A stretch of DNA of 64,000 nucleotides from Candidatus Latescibacterota bacterium (lineage in GTDB: Bacteria; Latescibacterota; UBA2968). A program made the position numbers and the translations under genes. This document shows positions 1 to 8,642 of this stretch, one piece after another; the first letter of the stretch is position 1, and the number at the start of each line of letters is the position of its first letter. The stretch lies in the NCBI GenBank assembly GCA_965207885.1, contig OZ242311.1, positions 1,120,001 through 1,184,000 of the forward strand, in the 5' to 3' direction. Under the pieces are notes generated by a model. The model ran no database searches. It was not told the origin of the DNA and was given only the letters and a program-made list of their open reading frames with translations.

Positions 1-1
1 T

Positions 2-460
2 GGCGGGCGAGCGGATGTTATGGATCTGGTGGATAATTCCAGTGGGGCTTCACCTGTTTTTCAGAGTGGGACCCATAGCAGTCACGCGGTGGCGATGGCT
101 GCGGGGATCGCTACGCTCGAGTCTATGACGGACGAGGCTTACGCGCATCTGAATCGCCTGGGGAATCGGCTGAAGACCGGTCTGGAAGATTTGTTCGCCG
201 AACGGGGTGTTATGGCGCAGGTTGTTGTGACGGGGTCGGTGTTTGGTATCCACTTTGGTATTGACCGGTTGCGCGATTATCGCGATTCGACCCGGTCGGA
301 TAAGGCAATGGCACACGCCGTGTTTCTGTCTCTGCTCAATCAGGGCTATTTCTGCGGGCAGGGTCTGACTATGTGTGCGATCAGTTTGCCGACTCAGGAC
401 GAGCACATCGACGGTTTGATTCTATCGGTTGGAAATGCCCTTGATGAGGTTGCTTCATAA
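2..460 (+). CDS. Class III aminotransferase (glutamate-1-semialdehyde aminomutase-like), C-terminal part; 5' end outside window
   Basis: Frame open from base 2 (GGRADVMD...FQSGTHSSHAVAMAAGIATL), typical class III PLP aminotransferase C-terminal motifs. Confidence 0.8.
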   Translation, partial: GGRADVMDLVDNSSGASPVFQSGTHSSHAVAMAAGIATLESMTDEAYAHLNRLGNRLKTGLEDLFAERGVMAQVVVTGSVFGIHFGIDRLRDYRDSTRSDKAMAHAVFLSLLNQGYFCGQGLTMCAISLPTQDEHIDGLILSVGNALDEVAS

Positions 461-480
461 GTAATAGAGAGGATATCCCA

Positions 481-1281
481 ATGGCAATGACTGGTACAAA
501 CCTCAGACAGAACTCTGAACTGATCGAAGCCGAATGGCAGGAACTGGAAGAGATTGGTTATGTTCGGCTTGGTGTGATATTACCAGAAGGGGAAATCGAC
601 CGACTTTGCGACCGCATCAATGAGATCATGCTGGGCAAAATTCGCTACGAGGGGATGCGCATGCAGCTTTGCCCTTCGGCCTCAGGGGCAGAGGAGATGA
701 CCGGTTTTACTGCCAGGCACAAGGGCAGTTCCCTGAAGTATCGGAAGATTCAGGAACTGGAGATGGACCCTTTGTTCCTGAAATACATCCAGCACCCACT
801 TTTCAGGCATATTACGCGAAAAAAGATAGGTGAGAAAGTCGGCGTGTTCAGGTCCATGTTTTTTAACAAACCGGCCGAAGGCGGCGTGCCCCTTGTCTGG
901 TATCAGGATGGGCGCAGTTGGAACCTGAGCATTCCCGAAGAAATCACGATCTATACCGCCCTCGATCCACAGACACGGGAAAACGGCTGCCTGACCGTGA
1001 TTCCTTATTCACACAAGGAATGTCCCATTCATACGGTTGATCGAGAAGATGACATTCAAAAATATGCCCCGGAAGAAAAACGGGCTTACATGGAAATGGA
1101 CAAAGGCGAAGTCATTCTTTTCAAAACCAAATTGCTGCATTCTTCTCTTGTGAATACCACGAATCGGCCCCGTCGCGCCTTCAGCATTGCCTTCATCCAT
1201 GGAGATGCCTGCCAGACGGCTTCCGGCGAACGTTATCCGCAGGTGTTCCCAACGTACCGCGCGGCAAGAAAGAACCTTTAG
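481..1281 (+). CDS. Phytanoyl-CoA dioxygenase (PhyH) family protein with atypical YQD metal motif
   Basis: FFNKPA..WYQD..IYTALD..ENGCLTVIPYSH..LLHSS..N..RRA pattern; GAGGA RBS upstream. Confidence 0.85.
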   Translation: MAMTGTNLRQNSELIEAEWQELEEIGYVRLGVILPEGEIDRLCDRINEIMLGKIRYEGMRMQLCPSASGAEEMTGFTARHKGSSLKYRKIQELEMDPLFLKYIQHPLFRHITRKKIGEKVGVFRSMFFNKPAEGGVPLVWYQDGRSWNLSIPEEITIYTALDPQTRENGCLTVIPYSHKECPIHTVDREDDIQKYAPEEKRAYMEMDKGEVILFKTKLLHSSLVNTTNRPRRAFSIAFIHGDACQTASGERYPQVFPTYRAARKNL

Positions 1282-1293
1282 AAGAAATTTAAT

Positions 1294-3225
1294 ATGCTAC
1301 TTCGAATGCGTTTAACACAAATATTTACGATCATACTCATCGCGCTGTTGGTCCAGCCGGTGTCTGCGGCGCCTTCGCCCGATTTTGACGAGAGTGGTGT
1401 GGTCGATTTTACCGATTTTTTGCTATTTGTCAGCGCGTTTGGATCTCGGGAAGGTCAGGAGAGGTACGATGCAAAATACGATTTGAATGGCGATGGAGAG
1501 ATCGGATTTGGCGACTTTCTGCTCTTTGTCAGCAACTTTGGCAGGACAGCGGAATTTTTCAGGAACGCGACCACCTATCAGCAGTTTGTGAAGGCCAAAG
1601 AGAATGGGACAGAACCTATCTTACCCGATTTTTCTTATTCGGGCTATCACTATTTCAATAAGCCCGTGCCCGATGTCACGCATCCCGTTTTTGACGTTAC
1701 AACGTATGGTGCGATTCCCAATGATGATGTGTCTGACCAGCCTGCTATCCAGGCGGCTATTGCCGCAGCAGAGGAAAATGGCAGGGGAGTTGTGTTCTTT
1801 CCGCCAGGTGATTTTCTGATTAATACCGATGCGGATAAAAATGATGAGGGTTACAACGAGCCTATCTATATCCACAGTAGCAATATTGTTTTGCGAGGCA
1901 GCGGTAGCCGAAGGGGAGGCACGGTTATCCGAATGGTCAATTACATGGTTCCCCTTCCCGATAGTCCTGGTGCTGTGCCCCGTATGTTCCATTTCCAGCC
2001 TGTTAGTTTCGCTCGTTCTACCTTAGCGCGTATTACAGAGAGTGCGGAGCGAGAGACTTTTTGGATTACAGTGAATAATGCTTCCAGGCTCTCAGTCGGT
2101 CAGTGGATTTGGGTCTCTGTGAATACTAAGGAGGAAGAAGCAATTAACGAGTTTATTGCACCTCTTCCGTCAGCGTCCGGCTTGCGGGAACTTTTCGAAG
2201 TGGGGCTTGATATACGGGAAGAACACAGCATTGCCGAGATTCAAGGCAATCGCATTCGTCTCAATGAACCCCTGCATACCCATATCAATCATGCGTATAA
2301 TTGGGGGGTGCAGTCCTTGCCGCATCTCGAAGAAGTCGGTGTTGAGGACATCAGTTTTCACGGTTCGTTCTTTGAGTCATTTGTCCATCACCTGAATCTC
2401 ATCCACAATGCGGGCTGGAAGATGCTCGCATTCAACCGGTGTGTCAATTCCTGGGTTCGGCGCGTCTCTTTCATGCATGTCAGTGGCGCAATTGGTTTTA
2501 CTGTCAGTGCTGCCTCATCGGTTTACCAGGTTACAATCGCGGGAAATAAGGGGCATACTGCTTTTAACAGTCAAGGTAGTTACGGGATATGGTTTGGGCT
2601 GTCAGAAGATATTGCGGGCCAGTCTCCTTATAGCACGGCTCCTCTCATCGATGCTCAGAGAAACACCCGTGCGATTCCAGGACAGCATCATGGTACGGGT
2701 ATGAGCCATAGCTCAACGGGCAATGTGATTTACCGCTATGATATGTCGCCAGACCAGCCGCTTGATATCCATAAGACGGATCCCAGCTATGCCAATTTGT
2801 ACGATTGTGTGAATAACGGCAGGTTGTCTGGTAGCAGCGGTGGTGGTGTTCCACCGCATCATCTCAGGCGTCTCGTGTTCTGGAATTACAACCACGGGGG
2901 CGATGTTACTCGCTATGATTTTTGGGCGGGATATCTCAAATTTTTGTTTCCGATTATTGTGGGATTTCACGGCAATCCGGCGACCTTTAATGAAGGTGAT
3001 CTCGAGATTCTGGAATCGAATGGTGAGGCGGTTGCTCCGGAATCGCTTTTTGACGCACAACTCGAATTGCGTCTGGGAACTTTGCCGGCCTGGCTAAAAG
3101 ATCTGCGCACGGAGTGGGAAATGATTCGCAGTATGCCGCTTGCAATCTCAAGAGGCAAGCCTTCGGTGGCAGGACTTCCTGTGGATTTAAAAGCTTACAG
3201 TCCAAATATTTATAGCTGTTATTAA
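1294..3225 (+). CDS. Secreted protein: double EF-hand/dockerin-like module plus beta-helix polysaccharide lyase-like (DUF4955-like) domain
   Basis: Signal peptide; DFDESGVVDFTDF/DLNGDGEIGFGDF repeats; LPDFSYSGY, DVTTYGAIPNDDVSD, VVFFPPG motifs; C-terminal PHHLRRLVFWNY. Confidence 0.7.
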   Translation: MLLRMRLTQIFTIILIALLVQPVSAAPSPDFDESGVVDFTDFLLFVSAFGSREGQERYDAKYDLNGDGEIGFGDFLLFVSNFGRTAEFFRNATTYQQFVKAKENGTEPILPDFSYSGYHYFNKPVPDVTHPVFDVTTYGAIPNDDVSDQPAIQAAIAAAEENGRGVVFFPPGDFLINTDADKNDEGYNEPIYIHSSNIVLRGSGSRRGGTVIRMVNYMVPLPDSPGAVPRMFHFQPVSFARSTLARITESAERETFWITVNNASRLSVGQWIWVSVNTKEEEAINEFIAPLPSASGLRELFEVGLDIREEHSIAEIQGNRIRLNEPLHTHINHAYNWGVQSLPHLEEVGVEDISFHGSFFESFVHHLNLIHNAGWKMLAFNRCVNSWVRRVSFMHVSGAIGFTVSAASSVYQVTIAGNKGHTAFNSQGSYGIWFGLSEDIAGQSPYSTAPLIDAQRNTRAIPGQHHGTGMSHSSTGNVIYRYDMSPDQPLDIHKTDPSYANLYDCVNNGRLSGSSGGGVPPHHLRRLVFWNYNHGGDVTRYDFWAGYLKFLFPIIVGFHGNPATFNEGDLEILESNGEAVAPESLFDAQLELRLGTLPAWLKDLRTEWEMIRSMPLAISRGKPSVAGLPVDLKAYSPNIYSCY

Positions 3226-3356
3226 GATTGACAACTTTGGCAAGGTGGTGAGTATAGCAAGACTTCGGAATAGGCACCAAAAGCGTTTGGTCGGCTCGGT
3301 TAAGTCTATCCGGGACGTTTTTAGAAAGGGGAGGGATGAACCGCTTGGGGAAATAG

Positions 3357-3400
3357 CAAAAAGGAGTCGCTACAATTTGTAGTGACTCCTTTTTCTTTTT
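3357..3400. terminator. Bidirectional intrinsic terminator
   Basis: AAAAAGGAGTCGCTAC-AATTT-GTAGTGACTCCTTTTT hairpin with A/T tracts on both sides, between convergent genes. Confidence 0.8.
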
Positions 3401-3436
3401 GGGCACATGTCTCGGCAATACCGACCAAATATATTT

Positions 3437-3673
3437 TCATGTAGATGCAATCAATGATCGGAGTGCTTTGTTCACAGATTCAGAATTGGGAAAGTGCTGT
3501 TTTACATCTGGGTCGAGCATAATAGAACCATCTGCGGGTGTAAAATAGTGGACTTCTGTTGAGCCATCCCCTTTTTCTATTTTTACTGAATGTCCCTGAC
3601 GATACGCTTGATAGTGTTTTCCGCGAACACCATCTGAAAAATCGTATTCCTCGCGCATTTCATTTTTCTTCAT
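3437..3673 (-). CDS. BrnA-like antitoxin
   Basis: MREEYDFSDGVRGKH..LDPDV..FPNSESVNKALR; overlaps and follows the BrnT-like gene. Confidence 0.8.
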   Translation of the reverse strand: MKKNEMREEYDFSDGVRGKHYQAYRQGHSVKIEKGDGSTEVHYFTPADGSIMLDPDVKQHFPNSESVNKALRSLIAST

Positions 3674-3938
3674 AATGCCAGCACTCCCTTTTTGTTGCTA
3701 TTCTACTGCTGATTAAACGAATGGTCTCGTTTCTCTCTGTATAAACTACAACCAAAATTCTCCCTGTTGCGGAACGTCCCAAATCTATAAAGCGATCTTC
3801 GTTTATAGAGTGATTTGGATCATAAATTGTGATTGTAAAAGGGTCATTAAAAACAGTTTTTGCCTCTTCAAAATCGATACCATGTTTTCTATAATTCTCC
3901 AGGGCTTTGTTTTCATCCCATTCAAATGTCAGTGCCAA
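3660..3938 (-). CDS. brnT: BrnT family (DUF497) toxin
   Basis: FEWDENKA..N..KHGIDFEEAKTVFND..EDRFI.LG..ILVVVYTER..IRLISSR. Confidence 0.9.
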   Translation of the reverse strand: MALTFEWDENKALENYRKHGIDFEEAKTVFNDPFTITIYDPNHSINEDRFIDLGRSATGRILVVVYTERNETIRLISSRIATKRECWHYEEK

Positions 3939-4075
3939 TTATTTGCCCTTTCTTCAATTCATTTGTAGAATTATAGCAAAAGTTTCATTGAGTAGCAAGG
4001 GGCTTGAATGCTTTTTGCATATCCTTCATATCGAGTGGTTAGAGGATTGATAGCTGCTTTTAGGAAGAATTTAAT

Positions 4076-5201
4076 ATGCTACTTCGCGTGCGTTTTACAT
4101 CTGTTTCGATAGTTGTGATATTGACCTTTAGCTCTGCCTTTGAAGTCTCGGCAGACTCTTTACCTGATTTTGATGGGAATGGGATTGTGGATCTTCCCGA
4201 CTTTTTTCTTTTTGCCGATCATTTCGGTGCAAGACGTGGCGATGAGACGTATGAAGAGAGGTATGATTTGGATGGTGATGGCGAGATTTCGGTGTCTGAT
4301 TTCTCGATTTTTGTCGATCACTTTGGCAAATCTGCAGGATTGTCTGAGGAGGATCTGGTACTGATGTCTCTTGAGGTGACCGGCGGCATTGGCGAGATAT
4401 ATCCGGCTTTTGATTCCGATGTTCGCCATTATGCCGTCCGATGCGAAGATGCCACAAAGTTGCAGGTGATGGCAAGGGCTAAGGATGAGAAGGCCCAGCT
4501 AAAGCTGAATAATAATCAGATGTCGGGTCGGGATGTGAATGAAGCGGTCATTACAAGTGATAGAGGAAGATATCATCGCGTCTTTCAGAGGATGTGGTCA
4601 AGTTTTGCGAATTGACCGTTCAGGGAAGTCTGAAGATAATCCGGGTACGAGTATTGTGTGGCAACTCGGTGGTACCGATCAAGGGGGATCATTCCCGGAT
4701 GACCGCGTGTTCCTGACGATAGAGGGCGATGAGGAAGGTCGGGGAGAGTTTTGCGCGCAGCACCAGCCAACGCTGACCGATGCGGGAACTCTGGTTCTAT
4801 TTGACAATGGTAGCGATTGTCTGAGCGCGCGGATCGGCGAATCCCCTAATCGCGATGACTTGCTGCCATTTTCCCGGGTGGTGGAATACGCGATTGATCC
4901 TCTTAACGGTCGGGCCAGTTTCATACGTCAGTTTCGGTTAGACCCGAAATACGGTTATACGCCCTGGTGGGGAGGGGTTACGGTGCTCGATAATGGGAAC
5001 TGGCTGATTGCGTGGCGGAATGACCGCGGTTACGACGAAAGTCTGGGGATAGAGGAGAAGGCGGTGGCGATAAGTGAGGTTGATGCTACAGGTACGGAGG
5101 TCTTCCGACTCAATGTCTATTCGGGAGAGACTTACTGGGCAACCTATCGCGCCTACCGCGAACCCGAGTCAGAAATAAAAATACCATTGAATCTGCCGTA
5201 A
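4076..5201 (+). pseudogene. EF-hand/dockerin + cadherin-like + aryl-sulfate sulfotransferase (ASST-like) gene broken by internal deletion/frameshift near 4550
   Basis: ORF 4076-4615 has signal peptide, EF-hand pair and YPAFDSDVRHYAV; overlapping ORF 4539-5201 in another frame has ASST C-terminal motifs (IIASFR, WQLGG, FCAQH, LVLFDNG, SRVVEY, YRAYR). Confidence 0.65.
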
Positions 5202-5243
5202 TGCTTGCTATGGATAACGACATCCACAGTATTGCAATGGTGC

Positions 5244-7706
5244 TCAAATCCTACCGTAGAGGAAAGCTACTTCTCGGGTTTCGGTATTTCCCGTTACCTG
5301 ATCGGTGATGATGACTTCGAGGACGTTGACGCCGGTTTCGGCTTTGCGCAGGTCCAGTTCGATGTATTCCTTTTCAGTAGGTTGCGAGCCGACCTGTTCG
5401 TAGGTGACGGATACCTGGGGCTTGCGGCGTTTGAACAGGTTGCGGAATCCAGAGGCTACGATGCCTTTGACGCCGACTGGATTGCCGGGATGGTGACGCA
5501 CGCGATATTGAATGCGGTAGCGCGTCTGTCCAAAGGTATCGCGTTTCAAGTTGTAGATTTCAAAATAGGCATAGACTTTCTGGTTCTCTTGATAAGCCCG
5601 GGATGGCATCGGCTCTATCCACAAATCCCCTTTCTGAAATCGGTCGTTGGTTCCGCTCTCGCCAATGGACGAGGCCAGGAGGATGCCACTTAGCCGAAGT
5701 TGGTCGGTGTCGTAGTCCTGAACGTTCAGGGTCTGTTTGTAAACGCCTGCGCGCCTCGAAGCCATGTCTTTGAGTTGTACCTGTAACTCATATGTTCCGG
5801 GCGGTACCTGAATCTGTAGCATATCCGGGATATACGCGCCCTTTTGTCGGTCGAAATCCGCTGTGTTCTGGTAGGAAAAGATTTCTGCTGTGCGAAAGAT
5901 CTCGGTGTGGCCCTCGTTTGCCAGTGCAAGGGCGCTTTGCACCTGGATCAAAAATTCATCCTGTCCTTTTGCGATTTCCACTTTGCCAGGCGGTACTCCG
6001 TAGTAAACTTCCACAGAGGTCTTTCCGTCTTTGCCGCGAAAATCCGCGAGGTCGTAATAAAAATGGAGGGCGTCCCGTTCAATGCCCGGGCGGTAGTAAT
6101 CGGGGGTGGTGGCGGTGGCTTTGCGAAAGAGGACTCCGGGCATGTATTCCATCATTCGCGCTGCATGCTGGGTCTGATTCTCGCCCGTGGGCACGGGTGG
6201 CAATGGGGCAAATGCGTAACGCCCGTTGTTCATTTCATCTGTAAATGTTATTTCGATGCCATCGCGGAGTTGTGTGTAGGTCCACGTCTCCCAGGGCACG
6301 GTCTCAAACTCCCGGTCCATTGTGACGGGGGCGTAGTTCTGAAAATTCAATCGCAATTTGATCCGACCCGCTTGATCAAAGGGCGCCCGCCCACTTCCCG
6401 CACCGCTTTCCTCGCTGGTGGGGACGGTTAAATCCACCACATCTCCCGCTGTTACCACGCCTTCAATATCTATTTCTGTATCCGGGTCCAATGTCCTTAA
6501 GTCCCCAATTCTTTCTCCCGTATTCAGATTGTGTTTCCGGATTGGAAATACAGGTCCTGTAAATGTGAGATAAGCGGCATTGGGACCGTACATATCCACG
6601 GCCATTCGGGTGCGTACGGCCTCTACTTCGGGGCTGATCAGCAGGTTTGGCTTATCGGATGAAGATCGAAAATCGGGTTCGCCATATCGAATATATACCA
6701 CTCCGCGCTGGTCCCAGGGGGTGGTGTTTTGCGAGAAGAAGGTGCGGGCATACCACACGCGACGATAGTGTTCGATAATGCGCTCGTTTATTGGGGTCAA
6801 CACATCCGGGTCTCGCCTGAGCCAGAATTGTTTCAAATAGGTCAGGCGCTCGGTTTTTTCGCTTTGATATGTCTGCATTTCTCTGTGTGAAGCGATGAGA
6901 GAGATATCTGTATAGTACCCGCGTTCTTGTTCGCTCAGGCTGTTCAGGTAGCGTTCATAATGCGCGAGGGCCATTTCGTATTGTTCCCGGTAAGCGTAGC
7001 CCTGTGCGACAAGGGGTAGCAGGCGGGTCTGGTTGGGCTGTCGTTCAAGGGCGGGTGCGAGGTGGGTGCTGAGGGGATCGTATTGTCCAGCCTGTACGCA
7101 GGCCAGACCAAAATAATAGAGTTCGTCCGGGCTGTCTGGCTCCAGTTCGAGGTATTTCATGTAGTAGCCGATGGCTTTTTCGTGGTCTGCCCGGAATCGC
7201 TCATAGAGATCGCCCAATAGCCGATAGGCCGGCGCGTAGGTCGAATCGATTTTGGTCGCCCGCTTGGCTTCTCCAACGGCTTTGCGAAAGTTGAAAAAGG
7301 CTTTTATCCCCATTGCAGGTCGTTTTACATGGACTTCGCCGAGGCCCACATAGGCGTCGGGCAATTGCGGGTTGAGTTGTCTGGCGTGCTCAAATGCGGT
7401 TTGGGCTGTGTCAAAATCCCCACGGGCGAGGTGCGCAGAACCCAGGCGGGATCTGAATAGGGCATTTTCGGGATGGGTCTCAATCAGCAGGGTAAAGGTT
7501 TGGATGGCGGTGTCGAGCAGGCCGTTGCGCAGTTGGTTTTCTCCCAGCGCGAGCAATGAGTCTGATGGAGCTTTTTCCACGCCTGTCTCTGCCCCGGCAA
7601 GCCCGAAATTCATTGGGATGATGAGGCATTTCAGTATCCAGGTTCTACACAATATTGCGTTCATTGCTATGATCTCAAAGATGGGGACTGGTAGGTACTG
7701 TGGCAA
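5244..7706 (-). CDS. TPR-repeat GWxTD-domain protein (true start probably downstream of 7706)
   Basis: N-terminal TPRs; FWLRRDP..INER..EHYRRVWYA..PWDQRGVVYIRYGEPD is a GWxTD-family signature variant. Confidence 0.8.
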   Translation of the reverse strand: MPQYLPVPIFEIIAMNAILCRTWILKCLIIPMNFGLAGAETGVEKAPSDSLLALGENQLRNGLLDTAIQTFTLLIETHPENALFRSRLGSAHLARGDFDTAQTAFEHARQLNPQLPDAYVGLGEVHVKRPAMGIKAFFNFRKAVGEAKRATKIDSTYAPAYRLLGDLYERFRADHEKAIGYYMKYLELEPDSPDELYYFGLACVQAGQYDPLSTHLAPALERQPNQTRLLPLVAQGYAYREQYEMALAHYERYLNSLSEQERGYYTDISLIASHREMQTYQSEKTERLTYLKQFWLRRDPDVLTPINERIIEHYRRVWYARTFFSQNTTPWDQRGVVYIRYGEPDFRSSSDKPNLLISPEVEAVRTRMAVDMYGPNAAYLTFTGPVFPIRKHNLNTGERIGDLRTLDPDTEIDIEGVVTAGDVVDLTVPTSEESGAGSGRAPFDQAGRIKLRLNFQNYAPVTMDREFETVPWETWTYTQLRDGIEITFTDEMNNGRYAFAPLPPVPTGENQTQHAARMMEYMPGVLFRKATATTPDYYRPGIERDALHFYYDLADFRGKDGKTSVEVYYGVPPGKVEIAKGQDEFLIQVQSALALANEGHTEIFRTAEIFSYQNTADFDRQKGAYIPDMLQIQVPPGTYELQVQLKDMASRRAGVYKQTLNVQDYDTDQLRLSGILLASSIGESGTNDRFQKGDLWIEPMPSRAYQENQKVYAYFEIYNLKRDTFGQTRYRIQYRVRHHPGNPVGVKGIVASGFRNLFKRRKPQVSVTYEQVGSQPTEKEYIELDLRKAETGVNVLEVIITDQVTGNTETREVAFLYGRI

Positions 7707-7904
7707 AGTAGAATATTATATATATTAATATGCCCAATAAATATAATTTTGTAAATTCAATTACATTAAGGAGTTCTCAAATTATGATAGTTCTGATAAT
7801 TTGCAATATTAAAACTACTTGCGATGCGAGGAAAGGGTAAATATATTAATAAAAGTTATGAGGTTCATATTTAATGATTATTTATTTGAAAAGGAGGATT
7901 GCTT

Positions 7905-8621
7905 ATGAAGTTTATAGCAACTGTTTGTTTGTGTTTTGTTCTGGTCTGTCTGTGTGCAGATAGGGGCGAAGCACAGGTTGACGGTACGTGGGGTGTCGGC
8001 GTTGCCCTCGGATACGATAGGCCTGCGTTCAAATTGGGCGAGTGGTATCCTTCGGGCGGCTTTAGTTTCGGCGGTACCTTCGTCTATGTGCTCAACCAGA
8101 ATTGGAGTGCCGAAGTCGATGCGTTCTACGGGGGATATAGCGGTGGTGAACTCGAGAGTCGCACCTTTCTCTGGTCTATTGATGGCAACGAGTACAATAG
8201 CCCAAATGCCAGCTCCGAGATGGTGTGGGGCGGTGGTATGATTAACTATTTGTGGCATATCAATGGGAGCGGTGCCAGGTTGGCGCAGGGCGGCGGAAGT
8301 TCGCCGTATCTCATGGTTGGAACGGGGTTCACATTTGTGGAGAATAAGATCAGTGGCCTGATCTTTCCGGGGCAAAGAAGCCAGCCGCTGGATGAATCGC
8401 TCGTGCTGGAGGCAGTCTCGGATCGACGCGTTGCGCTGGGTTTCAATCTGGGTGGCGGCCTGGAATTTTACGCCTCATCTTCTCTGGCGATAGACGTGCG
8501 TGGGCAGTACAAATTGGTCATCAGCCGCGTGCGGCCAATGGAAGCGTGGGGTCTGACAGAGGCATATCCTTTACAGAAGCTCAGTTTTGATGCGAGGATC
8601 AAGTTTTTCTTTTCTAACTGA
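7905..8621 (+). CDS. Outer-membrane beta-barrel protein
   Basis: AGGAGG RBS, signal peptide, amphipathic strands (SPYLMVGTG, GFNLGGGLEF), aromatic C-terminus. Confidence 0.75.
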   Translation: MKFIATVCLCFVLVCLCADRGEAQVDGTWGVGVALGYDRPAFKLGEWYPSGGFSFGGTFVYVLNQNWSAEVDAFYGGYSGGELESRTFLWSIDGNEYNSPNASSEMVWGGGMINYLWHINGSGARLAQGGGSSPYLMVGTGFTFVENKISGLIFPGQRSQPLDESLVLEAVSDRRVALGFNLGGGLEFYASSSLAIDVRGQYKLVISRVRPMEAWGLTEAYPLQKLSFDARIKFFFSN

Positions 8622-8642
8622 GCAATTCGAAAGGGACTTAGA

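Noticed and set aside
7780-7888. Fur boxes upstream of the TonB receptor operon
   Set aside because: ATGATAGTT and AATGATTATT resemble half sites, but the region is very AT-rich and no clear 19-bp box is present
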